DNA from: Eledone cirrhosa
Taxonomy: Eukaryota
Assembly: GCA_964016885.1 (NCBI GenBank)
Contig: OZ024753.1
Span: 45,384,001-45,448,000, forward strand
Direction of reading: 5' to 3'
DNA: 64,000 nt
The notes under the pieces were generated by a model. The model did not search any database and had not been told where the DNA came from. It saw nothing but the letters and a program-made list of their open reading frames with translations. Positions 29,920 to 47,895 of the stretch are shown in pieces; positions within the stretch are counted from its first letter, which is position 1; every line of letters begins with the position of its first letter. The translations under genes were made by a program, and so were the position numbers.

Positions 29920-30887
29920 GATGCAGGAACAACTATCTGACGTCATCACCTGAGGCTCTGGTGATTCGTTGTCTGATAAATTGTTTTATTCTATTTCCGA
30001 GTAGTTCATTTTTTAGCTTCGCAATCATAGTCTCGGTTTTGTTTTTATCGCCTTCCATCCGGCGGTAAATGTCCTTCACCACAGACTTTGGTTAACCCAA
30101 CACCTTGGGGTAAATAATACCCGAATTACTTGATCGTTTTTTTTTGGCTATGCGAATGATTGTTTAACCATCGTCTCAGTGTGCTTGGCCTTTAACGTTT
30201 GTTATAGCTCTGGTTCTTCTGAATCATTGAACACTTGCCGCACATCTCGGAGGTTGCTTTTCGTTATTTCGTGGGCCGAAATGCGAATCTCGATAATTTA
30301 TGTTTGTATTATTCTCCAGACTCTAGCTATTGACCAGTTAATTTTCTTGATTTTTTAGTTGATTCTATTGACTGATGAATAGCTTATGTTAATTTTAACC
30401 CTTCTGTTGAGAACTCTATTCGATTTGTGATGTTTTTGCATTCTTGCAAGAATATAGACAACTGAATTAATTCGCCAGATATAAGGGTTGCCTCCCTTGC
30501 CGATCCCCACGTGGGGTCGGCAATAGTCAGTCCTTGTATTAACATTGAACTAAAACCTGTTGAGAAAGTGGCTTCCTTGTTCAATCATCTTACCAGAAGC
30601 CTGACATTATATATGTAAGCGGACGGTACTTGATTTAGGAGCCGCAGAAACCCAAATACTGGATTTTACCAACCTTCCAGGGGTCCGGGTAAATTCTCAA
30701 TACCCGAATTACTTGATCGTATTTTTGGCTATCCGAATGATTGTTTAACCATCGTCTCAGTGTGTTTGGCCTTTAACGTTTGTTATAGCTCTGGTTCTTC
30801 TGAATCATTGAGCACTTGCCGCACATCTCGGAGGTTGTTTTTCGTTATTTCGTGGGCCGAAATGCGAATCTCGATAATTTATGTTTG
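29920..30887 (-). mobile_element. Possible decayed LINE 5' UTR/ORF1 region with a ~190 bp direct repeat (30116-30307 and 30699-30887)
   Basis: The direct repeat is seen directly; the minus-strand peptide KSVVKDIYRRMEGDKNKTETMIAKL is only loosely ORF1-like. Confidence 0.4.
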
Positions 30888-30973
<86 letters not shown>

Positions 30974-30984
30974 GTGTTTGTGTG

Positions 30985-31032
<48 letters not shown>

Positions 31033-31444
31033 AATATATAAACAATTCTTCCTTTAGAAATATATAGACTTAGTATTTCTTTCCGAATACTTTTCCAGCT
31101 TCGGCAAGTTCTATATTTTAAATCTATTGCGAGAAACTCATTATTACGAAGACTTAGAAATGACGGACAAACTTCTGGAATTAATTTTCAATTTCAAATC
31201 TTATTATTATTATTAATTGTTTTTGAGTTGAGTTCAACATTTTGCTATTAATTTTTAAATCATTTACTAAAAATATCTCGGGAGCAACGCTACACATCAC
31301 CCCCAAACTACCACCAACACCACCACCAACAACAACAACCTGAACCATTTCATGGAATATTCGTTGTCTTTATAAAAGATCGTGGACGCAGGCATACACA
31401 GACACACATATATATACATACCTACACACACACACACATATATG

Positions 31445-31507
<63 letters not shown>

Positions 31508-32158
31508 GGAGATATATATATTCATGGAGAAAGATAGAGATACAGAGATAGATCAACAGACAGCGAGAATGAGATAGATCGATAGATAGAGTGATAGAGA
31601 CAGAGCAAGCTCATTAATTGATTTACATAGTATTTATCGATACCCCCCCCTCCGTCCTAAGGCTGAAAGGCAAACTTGACCGACATTTGAACTGAGAACA
31701 GGAAAAAATAATACAATAGATTCCATATTACTATCTTACCAATAATAAAAGACAATCTCTCCATGACTACCTCGTCCTATTTTCAGACATAATCGATTTA
31801 AAACTGTTTTATTCAATATTGTCAATCCTTTTTAACGACGTTAGTGTGAGATTCGATGTAAACTTGGCTGCTATTTCTAGCCAGTCAATGACCTCATATA
31901 TACGTCCTTGTAGTTATTTATTTCCTAATTTGATATGTACTGTGTTAAATTATATTTTAGTGAGGATTTCTTCTCAGCCTTTGCCAACATTCTTTCACCC
32001 AAGTCGGGAATATTTTTTTAGAAATATTTCTATTGTTATTTAATAGCATATTAAACACGTAATCAGATTCTATAGGCAGACTCACACACACACACACACA
32101 TATATACGCATATAAACATGTATGTATGCATATACATGTAGACACATAATTATGTTAG

Positions 32159-32270
<112 letters not shown>

Positions 32271-32299
32271 GTGTGTGTGTGTATCTATACATGTATGTA

Positions 32300-32331
<32 letters not shown>

Positions 32332-32499
32332 CGGGTATGTGTTTGTGTGTATGTGCATGTGTATATGACCATGTATATATACACACATATATGTATTTAT
32401 GTATGTATATGTGTGTGTGCAGATACGCTTGTCTTTTGAGAAAAAAACAACAACAACAAAAACACAAGACAAAAACCCCACGAGAAAATAAGAATCATT

Positions 32500-32640
32500 T
32501 TCCAGCCAGCCAATAAACTTCGCCATTTTATTGTGTACTTCTCTCCTCGCTTTGCCAGAAAGACTGATGTCGTACCCAGTTCTTTTGTAATAATCTATTG
32601 TAACTATACTTAGCTTTTTTGACTGGAAGTGACTTCCTTA
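32500..32640 (-). promoter_or_regulatory. Candidate promoter (YY1 CGCCATTTT, CCAAT box, paired ETS GGAAGTGACTTCC)
   Basis: Motif co-occurrence in a unique island only. Confidence 0.2.
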
Positions 32641-33422
32641 AGAGAAGAGTTACCATATAACAGATCACCGTCGCACATCCTCCCAACCCTTACACTTTCT
32701 CTCTTCACCAAACAATACATTTTCAGATTTTTATTGGATATGAAAATCAATTTTCATTTGTTATCGAGTTTTTATTGAAAGTGGAAGAGGAAAGAAGGAA
32801 GACGAGGACAAAAAGTCGAAATGAAAAAAAAAAAATATGGAGGGAGGAAAAAGATGAAAATAAGATGAAGAAAAGCCAACAAAAAAATAATAACAATAAC
32901 AAATATATATAAAAAAATGAATGAAGAAGAAAGAATAAGGCCAGAGATGTATGCAGTCCCCCTTTATTAGATAACTTTAGAGAAATAATACTCAACTTTC
33001 GAACTATAAACTGTGTAGTGATGTGTTGTTTTATTAATATTATTATTGTCATTATTATATTTTATCTTTGACGAAAATAATAAATAAAATATAAATAAAT
33101 AAATAAATAAATAAAATAAAAAATATAAAAATAAAATAAAAATAGAAATAAATAGATACATAAAATAAAAAATATACAAAAATAAAATAAAAATAGAAAT
33201 AAATAGATAAATAAAAAAAAAATATACAAAAATAAAATAAAAGTAGAAATAAATAGATAAATAAAAAAAAATATACAAGAATGAAAATAAATAAATATAT
33301 AAAGATATGGCTGTAGATTAGTTTTTGGAAGCGAAATGAGATTCCTGGTAAAAGTTTCTCAGTTTCCTAATACTGTCAAAATATGGTTGACAGGCGTTAC
33401 AGACGAGAATTTTGTTACTGAT

Positions 33423-33767
33423 TGTTGTTGTTGTTGGTGTTGTTGGTGTTGTTGTTGGCGTTGTTGTTGTTGCTGTTGTTGTTGTCGGTGGTGTTGTTGT
33501 CGGTGGTGTTGTTGTCGGTGGTGTTGTTGTTGTTGTTGTTGTTGTTGGTGTTGTTGTTGGTGTTGTTGGTGTTGGTGTTGGTGTTGTTGTTGGTGTTGTT
33601 GTTGGTGGTGTTGTTGGTGGTGTTGTTGGTGTTGTTGTTGTTGGTGTTGTTGTTGTTGGTGTTGTTGTTGTTGGTGTTGTTGTTGTTGGTGTTGTTGTTG
33701 TTGGTGTTGTTGTTGTTGGTGTTGTTGTTGTTGTTGGTGTTGTTGTTGTTGGTGGTGTTGTTGTCGT
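33423..33767. repeat. (GTT/GGT)n array
   Basis: Direct reading. Confidence 0.95.
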
Positions 33768-33795
33768 TTATATCGTCTTTCTCCATTTCCTGAGA

Positions 33796-33897
33796 AATAA
33801 TTGTTTCTACTTTTGGCACAAGGCCAGCAATTACCCAGTACATTACTGGTACTTTATTTTATCGACCCCATAAGGATGAAAGGCAAAGTTAACCTCG
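33796..33897 (-). mobile_element. tRNA-SINE 3' half
   Basis: Nearly identical to 27493-27592. Confidence 0.85.
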
Positions 33898-34229
33898 ACC
33901 TGTTCTCACATTATATTTTCTCTCTCTTTATCACCTTCCTCCCTTCCTCGTTCCTCCATTCTCTTCTCACTCTCTCTCTCTTTATCACTCCCCTTCCCCC
34001 CTCCCCCTCTCTCTAGAGCTCTATCACACATATCCTCTCACTACTCCTCATATATCACTATATATAAACTTTCCACTCCATACTACATGTTCCCGATAAA
34101 GCTTGCAAGTAAAACAACAACAACAACAACAGCAACACTACAGATAACAGCAACAACAACATCAACAACAGCCACAACAACAACACCAACAACAATAACA
34201 TTAACAACAACAACAGTACATACAATACC

Positions 34230-34880
34230 ACCACCATCACCATCACAGTAGACCACCACAACCACAACCACCACCACCACCACAACTACCACCACCACAA
34301 CTACCACAACTACCACCACCACCAACAACAACTAGAGATAACACCACCACCACCACCACCACAACTATCACCACCACCAACAACAACTAGAGATAACACC
34401 ACCACCACAACCACCACAACTACCACCACCACCACCAACAACAACAACTAGAGATAACACCACCACCACCACCACAACTACCACCACCACCACAACCACC
34501 ACCACCACCACCACCACCACCATCACCACCACAGTAGACCACCACAACCACAACCACCACCACCACCACAACTACCACCACCACAACTACCACAACTACC
34601 ACCACCACCACCAACAACAACTAGAGATAACACCACCACCACCACCACCACAACTACCACCACCACCACCACCAACAACAACTAGAGATAACACCACCAC
34701 CACCACCACCACCACAACTACCACCACCACCACCAACAACAACAACTAGAGATAACACCACCACCACCACCATCACCACCACAACTACCACCACCACCAC
34801 CACCAACAACTAGAGATAACACCACCACCACCACCACAACTACCACCACCACCACCAACAACAACTAGAGACAACAACAA
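34230..34880. repeat. (CCA)n minisatellite with a CAACAACTAGAGATAACA anchor
   Basis: The anchor recurs ~8 times. Confidence 0.9.
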
Positions 34881-35054
34881 CACTACAAAAAGTAGCAAAA
34901 GAAATATTAGCAATTATCCATCATATCATGTTATTGGAGTTATTTACTGTCTCCGACTAAAAGAGAAATTCGAAACATTAAAATAAAAATAAAATAAAAT
35001 TTACTGGTCAAATTTTGTTTTATATATTTCACCAATTTTTGATTCTTTAAAATG

Positions 35055-35925
<871 letters not shown>

Positions 35926-37012
35926 ATTTACATTTAAGTTTATTACTGTTGCTTTTGCTGTTATTTAGCATATTTATTATATATTTTTATTTTATTTTAT
36001 TTTATATTTTTCTTGCTATATATATATTTTTTTCAATGGAAACTTTATATTTTTGATCAAAAGTTGAAAAGAATTCCGTTTTCTTTTTTTCCTAATGCAG
36101 AAGCAATATTTATCTATATGAGCAATGTTAACAAAAAGTTCGACATGTGTAGATATGTATATAGTATGTATATATATATATATATACGGGTATATAGTAA
36201 TATATGTCGGTATATAATGTATATATATGGGTATATAATGATATATGTCGGTATATAATGTATATATATATATATATATGAGTATATAGTGATATATGTC
36301 GGTATATAGTGTATATAAATATGGGTATATAGTGATATATGTCGGTATATATGTGGGTATATAGAGCAGTGTAATATATGTGGGTATATACTGTATATAT
36401 GTGTGAGTATGTAGTGCATATATGTGTGTTTATGTTGGTATATATGGGTATATATATATGATTTTTATGTTTCTATGTGAAAGTGTGTCTATTTTTACGT
36501 ATGTATATATGTATGTATGTATATATATATATGTATGTATATATATCTGTATGTATATATGTATATGTATATATGTATGTATATATGTATGTATGTATAT
36601 ATATATCTGTATGTATATATATCTGTATGTATATATGTATATATGTATATATGTATATATGTATGTATATATGTATGTATATATATATATCTGTAAGTAT
36701 CTATGTATATTTGTATGTATATATATATATCTGTATGTATCTATGTATATCTGTAAATATATATATATATATGCATATATACGCATGTATATGTATGTAT
36801 GGAACTGTCTGTGTGTATGTCGTAAGCAACTATCTGTAGCTGTGTTTATTTCACTATGGTTGGGTCTCTTAAATAACCTTATCTTTCTCTATTGTACAAT
36901 AATGTTGTTTTCTAACCTAATGTTACATTCCTAGCAAAAACCTATATACACATGCATATCTTATACACAAAAACATGGATATGCTCACATCCCGCCACCC
37001 TATATATATATA

Positions 37013-37368
<356 letters not shown>

Positions 37369-37369
37369 A

Positions 37370-37470
<101 letters not shown>

Positions 37471-37471
37471 A

Positions 37472-37553
<82 letters not shown>

Positions 37554-37554
37554 A

Positions 37555-37587
<33 letters not shown>

Positions 37588-37612
37588 AATATAAATATAT
37601 ATAAATATAAAT

Positions 37613-37665
<53 letters not shown>

Positions 37666-37666
37666 A

Positions 37667-37701
<35 letters not shown>

Positions 37702-37921
37702 TAGAATATTCGAAAATATTCTGTATGTTTATAATAAACATTTTGAAGACATAATCGCTATAGAATAGAATACGTCACGTATTACAATTAGATTCTCGAT
37801 AAAAGCAAGGGAAGTAACCTACGCGTTTCATTCTTATTAGAAATCTTCAGGATTACATATCCAGTTGCTTTTATCGAGAATGACACATATATATCGCTAT
37901 TTCAGAGCATTTAATCCAATT

Positions 37922-38121
37922 NNNNNNNNNNNNNNNNNNNNNNNNNNNNNNNNNNNNNNNNNNNNNNNNNNNNNNNNNNNNNNNNNNNNNNNNNNNNNNN
38001 NNNNNNNNNNNNNNNNNNNNNNNNNNNNNNNNNNNNNNNNNNNNNNNNNNNNNNNNNNNNNNNNNNNNNNNNNNNNNNNNNNNNNNNNNNNNNNNNNNNN
38101 NNNNNNNNNNNNNNNNNNNNN
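37922..38121. other. Assembly gap (200 N)
   Basis: Run of exactly 200 N. Confidence 1.
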
Positions 38122-38694
38122 GGAGAGTCTTGGTGAGGAATGTTCGACTTTGGTTGCAATAATGATTATATACTCGCAACACACTTCGCTATACAGAATT
38201 CAATCATATTACGTCTATCTCTGTAATAATGATAATAATAATAATAAAATTATTGTTTACACTGCTCAGGTGCACTACAACTCATCAAAGGTGCATGTAT
38301 AGGGCATAGGAATAATGTACAAATGTCAGGAAAATGAACAATGTATGTGTCATAATATACACACAGATACATGCGTGCGTGTGAATGCGTGCGTGTTTTA
38401 ATGTGTATGTCTTGGTGTAACTCTTTAAGGTTAAGAATGACATCCAGAATACATACCTGTAGATGAACAAACATGTATGTATATATATTTATGTATTTAT
38501 ACACACACACACACACATGCATAGTGTTTGTGTACGCGTGTGTATATATATATGCGTGCATATATATCTGTGTATATATATATATATGTGCTTGTCAGTG
38601 TATATATATGTATTTATACACACACACACACATTCATATATATAGTGTTTGTGTGTGTGTGCGTGTGTATATATATGTGTGCATATGTGTGTGA

Positions 38695-38734
<40 letters not shown>

Positions 38735-39261
38735 GTGTGTTTGTGTGTCTGTGCCTGTGTGAATATGTAGGCCTGTGTGTATAAGTATATTTATATTTCT
38801 CCAGTGCTAGAAATAACAATTTCCTTAGAGCTAAACCTTGTACTTAAAATAACTGAATTTTTCTGATTTAATACAATATGTTATATGTGAAATAGTTTTA
38901 ATAGATAATAATTATCTCCGTGCAACATCTTGAAAACTCAGTAATATATGATAAATTGAAGTAAAATTAAATGCATTAATATATTTAAACATAATTGAAT
39001 ACTAATTATAGAGTAATTTCAACAATCGAAGGATTCTAACTTTATTGTTTCAGAAGAATGACAGCTTTTTACAATACTGCTTTGTTTATATATTAAATAG
39101 AAATAGCTAAGGAATGTAGTTTCCTCTACATAATATTTATAAAGAAAACATGATTGAAACTATGTCTTTTATCCATATAGAGTACCATGGTCTCTCCCAC
39201 TGTGTATGTGTTTATATATATATATATGTATATATGTATATATGTATATATGTATATATAT

Positions 39262-39459
39262 AACGAAGGAAGTGTGGTAGGGAACCAGGTGGACTATAAC
39301 GCACCAGAGTATGCGTACTATGCAGACTGTGAGTTTTAGAGTGGGTAATAGGAAAAGAGTCAGGACCCAGACGGCTGAGCTCCGGCCGTTTCGACAGCTA
39401 GCTCTGAACTAGCTATCAAAACGACCGGAGCTCAGCCGTCGGGGTCCGAACTCTTTTCC
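39262..39459 (-). mobile_element. Hairpin/hammerhead-half element family, copy C (opposite orientation)
   Basis: AACGAAGGAAGTGTGGTAGGGAACCAGGTGGAC... is the reverse complement of the family tail; ~51 bp hairpin arms at 39351-39401 and 39409-39459. Confidence 0.85.
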
Positions 39460-39517
39460 TATATATATAATATATATGAGAGTATTGAAGTTTACTTGAA
39501 GCATTGTGGAATAATAA

Positions 39518-39948
39518 GGTAAATTTCTTTAAGTCGTTTGGAAGCCTCGACAATGCAAATGGGTAAATCTCCGGGTAACAAGATCCGGTGGTGGAGAGAG
39601 AGATGTAAGTGGGTGTACGTTCAGATGCGTGCGTGTATAAGACGTGTAGTGGTCACGTTTCGCACCTTTCCGACAGACAAACCTTTCCCCCACCCCGGAA
39701 AAAAAACCCCAGTTGATGGATGTGAATCCGAAATATATAGGGACAATTAAATCTCTCCCAAGGTAACTCTCTCTCGTGTTGTTATTTTTATTTTTATCCT
39801 TTACGATCTTTCCTTCTTTCCTCTACACGTCTTATACACGCCACGCATCTCAACGTACACCTACTTACATCTCTCTCTCCACGGATCTTGTTACCCGGAG
39901 ATTACCCATTTGCATTGTCGAGGCTTCCAAACGACTTAAAGAAATTTA

Positions 39949-39950
<2 letters not shown>
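39518..39950. repeat. Inverted repeat, ~130 bp arms (39518-39649 and 39823-39950), enclosing a degenerate hammerhead-like motif
   Basis: The arms reverse-complement with a few indels; the spacer contains CCC-CAGTTGA-T-GGAT-GTGA-ATCC-GAAATATATA-GGG-ACAATTAAA. Confidence 0.9.
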
Positions 39951-39991
<41 letters not shown>

Positions 39992-40286
39992 GAGTAACAT
40001 TTAGACTAGTAAGACAACATTCAACTAAGTACTCGATACTTGGGGAAGTAGCAGTTTGTGGCCAAGCCCCACGCGATTTCAACGGTGAGTGGACAACCTC
40101 TATATCCCTTTCTCACATATTTTTCTCTAATTTTCTATCTTTTTCTGAAGAAATATGCTGTAATTTAGCTTGGATAGAGATGGGCTCAACCAGGCTTAAA
40201 ATATCCAAGACGTAGGTTAATATGGCGCCCCTACGACTCCATCAGGAGTTACTGGACCATAACATAGCCATCACTAATTCAGCAAT

Positions 40287-40365
40287 TACCAAGAATTGTA
40301 TACTTTTCTGATGAGGGTGAAAACGAGATCGAAACATGTCTTTACCCGTCCAAACATTCTTGGTA
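40287..40365 (+). ncRNA. Candidate (degenerate) type I hammerhead ribozyme motif, Penelope pLTR-like
   Basis: CTGATGA at 40308 and C-GAAACATGTC at 40330-40340, enclosed by TACCAAGAA.TGT / ACA-TTCTTGGTA; helix II and proximal helix I pair poorly. Confidence 0.45.
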
Positions 40366-40599
40366 TGAAACTATAATAATATTAGTCACTGAAAACATAC
40401 TTTCCTCTACGTTTATATATATATATAGTTAGACAGACTACATAATGCTCCATGTATCATGTTATTTAAAATAATTCTTTGTTGCATCAAGTCAGATATT
40501 ATAAACTAACGAAATAAAGAGGAACAAATGCTAAGAATTGTATAATGGAATTAAATTTTTTTTAACTTAAGAGACGCTAAACTTTGTATATACACACAT

Positions 40600-44269
<3,670 letters not shown>

Positions 44270-44454
44270 GAGAGGGGAGGGGGGTGTAGTTAGCATAAGT
44301 GAATATTAATGAATCAGCAATTTTCCAATCAATGTGTCTCAACTTGTGTTTTAATTAGCATAAAATTAGAATCTTGCCTTGGAAACGGAATTCGATATTT
44401 TGTCATTTGAATTATTAATAGAGATTAATAATTGCGTATATTTACATACGTGTA

Positions 44455-44520
<66 letters not shown>

Positions 44521-45207
44521 CTCGTGTGTGTATTTATATATGTGTATGTATATATCATATATATGTATATATATGATATATACAGGTATATAATATACAT
44601 CATATATATGTATATATATAATATATATGATATATACAGGTATATAATATACATCATATATATATATATATGTGTGTGTGTGAGTGTTTACTAAGACATA
44701 ATTGCGTACTTATATATTTAGTTATTTATTTCATACTTTTGTTATATATACATAATACATAGGTATATATATATACATCATTTATGGGTATATATGTATA
44801 ACATATAAGTATACATATATATATATATATAACATATAGTTATATACAGGTGAGTGTTAGACTTATATAGAGTATTGTCTTATGTGCAGTATAGACTTAT
44901 ATACAGTATATGTACAATATAGTTAGCACCAGGTGGTTTTAATATATATATATCTACTCCAATCTGAATAGCCAACAGGTATTGATAGACTGAACACACC
45001 TGAAAGTTATTTTCTGGACATTCGTATAACTGAAATGTTTGTCTCTAAATAGTCAATAAAATGGACGAAAGGACGTTCCTCGATTTGATATATAACATAT
45101 GAAATGTTAGCTCTGTTATATGTAGTATGTACAGAAGAGTGCCCTGGAGGATTTCACAGACCTATAAAATCTCTCTCCAAGTTTCTCTCTCTCTCTTATT
45201 CTCTTCA

Positions 45208-45238
<31 letters not shown>

Positions 45239-45342
45239 ATAAAATATCTCTCTTCACACATACACACACAAGCACACCGTCATATATTTATATATATATT
45301 AGTTTTGCGAGGTTTTTTATATGAAATCGTGTGTCGAAACAA

Positions 45343-45579
45343 ATATTGTTATACTTGGGGAGGGTCATATTTGTGTAATAATATTGCCAGAATTAATAAC
45401 AGAACACACTCACTATTTGGTTGGTTTCGCTTGTGTCTTTTATATCGGTTAATTTAATAAATTAAATTAACCGATATAAAAGACACAGAAGCGAAAACCA
45501 ACCAAACAGTGAGTGTGTTCTGTTATTAATTCTGGCAATATTATTACACAAATATGACCCTCCCCAAGTATAACAATAT
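45343..45579. repeat. Near-perfect palindrome, ~116 bp arms, 2 nt spacer
   Basis: Centre GGTTAATTTAAT-AA-ATTAAATTAACC; the peptide CYTWGGSYLCNNIARINNRTHSLFGWF appears on both strands in the ORF track. Confidence 0.97.
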
Positions 45580-46264
45580 ATATATATATATATACACACA
45601 AACACATACACACACAGATTGCGAAATATATAGTATATACGTAAGTCAGCCATATGTAATGTCGACTGTGCGATTTCCTTCATATAACCTTCCCGCCAAT
45701 GTTATTTAACTGATAGGAATTAAGTACAGAAACCAGCATAAATACAATATATAACATACAACCCCTTATCTTTAACATATTAATAAAAATAGTTTTCATT
45801 GATTTGGTATTCTCCCGTGAAATGTAAAAATAACAATTACATACTTAAACTAAACTGATTTGTGAATAAATTTATGGTCAGAATAGAATTATACAGAAGT
45901 ATATATAAATGTTTGTAAACTTATGGGAATAACTGGTAAAAATCAACAAAAATATGTTTCAGTATGTATTTTAAATTCATTGAAAATTGCAAATATCTTT
46001 ATAGACTCATATTTTGAATAATGGACAAAGATTTGCATTCTAAATTAAATCACGTGTGTTTTGGGTTTAAATTAAATAATAAGCGCTTTGTACCAGCTGG
46101 AATTTCATGATAGCAGTTTTAAGAATCACGAGGGAGTGTAATTGATATAGCGCTTCATAATAAACAAAGGAAGAATAAGAAAGATGATTCAATTGGGTTT
46201 TGATATTTGAAATTAATATATTGTTCATTGAGTTACAATGAATCATATTATCGATTGTAAAGTC

Positions 46265-46500
46265 TGTCTCGAACCTTGAGGCTCATCGGGCCGTTGATTA
46301 TTCCAGTTTCCGTGGCATGAAGTGACTGAGAGTACAAGACAACCAGCTGACAGGATGACCGTCCATCTCAGCATTAAAACCTCAAGCTATTGCTGGTATT
46401 CAATTTCAGCTGAGTATATTGGAGAAATGTTGAATGAGTTGTTTTGCTGAAGAATGTATCACAGGAATCGAACCCACGACATTAGAATCAGAAATCGAAC
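46265..46500 (-). mobile_element. Second SINE family (CORE-like tRNA-SINE), degenerate
   Basis: CAGGAATCGAACCCACGAC is the reverse complement of a B-box; GCTGGTATTCAATTTCAGCTGAGT...GTTTTGCTGAAGAA resembles the central domain. Confidence 0.55.
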
Positions 46501-46686
46501 ATCAAATTTTATTGTATATTTTTGTATTTTACTACATATACTTCAAATAAATGTTTCCATATAAACAGTTCACCGTTTCCAAACGTGTGTATGTTGTCTC
46601 TTTCGTCCTCTCATTGTCCCTGATCTAAGACTGACAAACAATAAACACGCTGAACTCAGCAATGTGTGTATCATTACATAAATAAT

Positions 46687-46915
46687 AAGGGCGGTGTATT
46701 GGCAGTATCGGTAAAGCATGGAGACCCTGCTTCGCGTCATAGTTACGGTATTTACGTTCTGAGTTCAAATCCCCGCAGAGGTTAGCTTTGCCTTTCATCC
46801 TTACGGGGTCGATAAAATAACTACCAGTAATGCGCTGTGATCGATTTGATCGACTTTCCCTCCCTTCCTCCCCAAACAAATTTCTGACCTTGTGCCTAAA
46901 TCAGAAACCATTATT
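46687..46915 (+). mobile_element. Full-length tRNA-derived SINE (octopus type)
   Basis: A-box-like TGGCAGTATCGG, B-box GAGTTCAAATC, central GCCTTTCATCCTTACGGGGTCGATAAAAT, tail AGAAACCATTATT. Confidence 0.85.
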
Positions 46916-46923
46916 ACATACAA

Positions 46924-47090
46924 GAGGGTCGGACGCCATGCTTTCCAGCATAGTTACGTGCCTTTACGATCTGAGTTCAAATCCCACCGAGGTTGACTTT
47001 GCCTTTCAATCCTTACGGGGTCGATAAAATAAAGTACCACTAATGCACTGGGTAATTGCTGGCCTTGTATCTAAAGCAGAAACCATTATT
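46924..47090 (+). mobile_element. tRNA-derived SINE, tandem with the preceding copy
   Basis: B-box and central domain as above; same subfamily as 27493-27662. Confidence 0.85.
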
Positions 47091-47653
47091 ACTTACAAGA
47101 ATTAACTTCAATACTTTGATACAATTATTTCTATACTTTAAAGCAAGTAACATTTCATCGAAATCTCTAATAATGATGTTTTATTGATGAGACCCAATTT
47201 TTCAGAAGAGACGAAAGAGATGGCTTGGTACTCCCACGTGTTTTAATTTGCATAGTGTATCAATTTGGATGGGATTTTTAAAAGGAATTTTTAAACTAGA
47301 ATATATATATATATATATGGAAGAATTGAACTACTAAAGCTATTAATATATAGCTTTTAGTTTGAGTTATCATTAATATTCAATAAATTATTCAACAAAA
47401 GGCACAAACAATAATATTTGAAGTTAAGTGATATTGAAGTAAAATTGACATGATATTTATGCAACATGAAAGAGGAAATGTGAACAACACAAATTTATGT
47501 TGAAGTCGTATATAAATACAACGGTGGACATAAACTGACACAAGATTGCCAAGCAAGTCGCATACATAAGCCCAGAGTAGCACGAACTGCACAGATACAC
47601 ACTAAAATGCAAACACATATACAGACATAGTACACCAGTGTTTGTAATAGACT

Positions 47654-47706
<53 letters not shown>

Positions 47707-47708
<2 letters not shown>

Positions 47709-47895
47709 AACCAGTAAGACCCCGACAGCTGAGCTCAAGCCGTTTCGACGGCTAATTCAGTCCAGAATTAGCCATCGAAACGGCTTGAGCTCAGCTGTCG
47801 GGGTCTTACTAGTTCCTATTACCCACTCTACTACATCAAGTATTGAGTACTTTGGTGCGTTATGGTTCACCTGGTTCCTTACCACATTTCCTTCG

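Noticed and set aside
37865-38302. ORFs spanning X residues
   Set aside because: Artefact of the 200-N gap; contiguity across it is not established.
46750-46790. tRNA gene suggested by the GTTCAAATC B-box
   Set aside because: No cloverleaf; it continues into the SINE body and is repeated elsewhere in the window.
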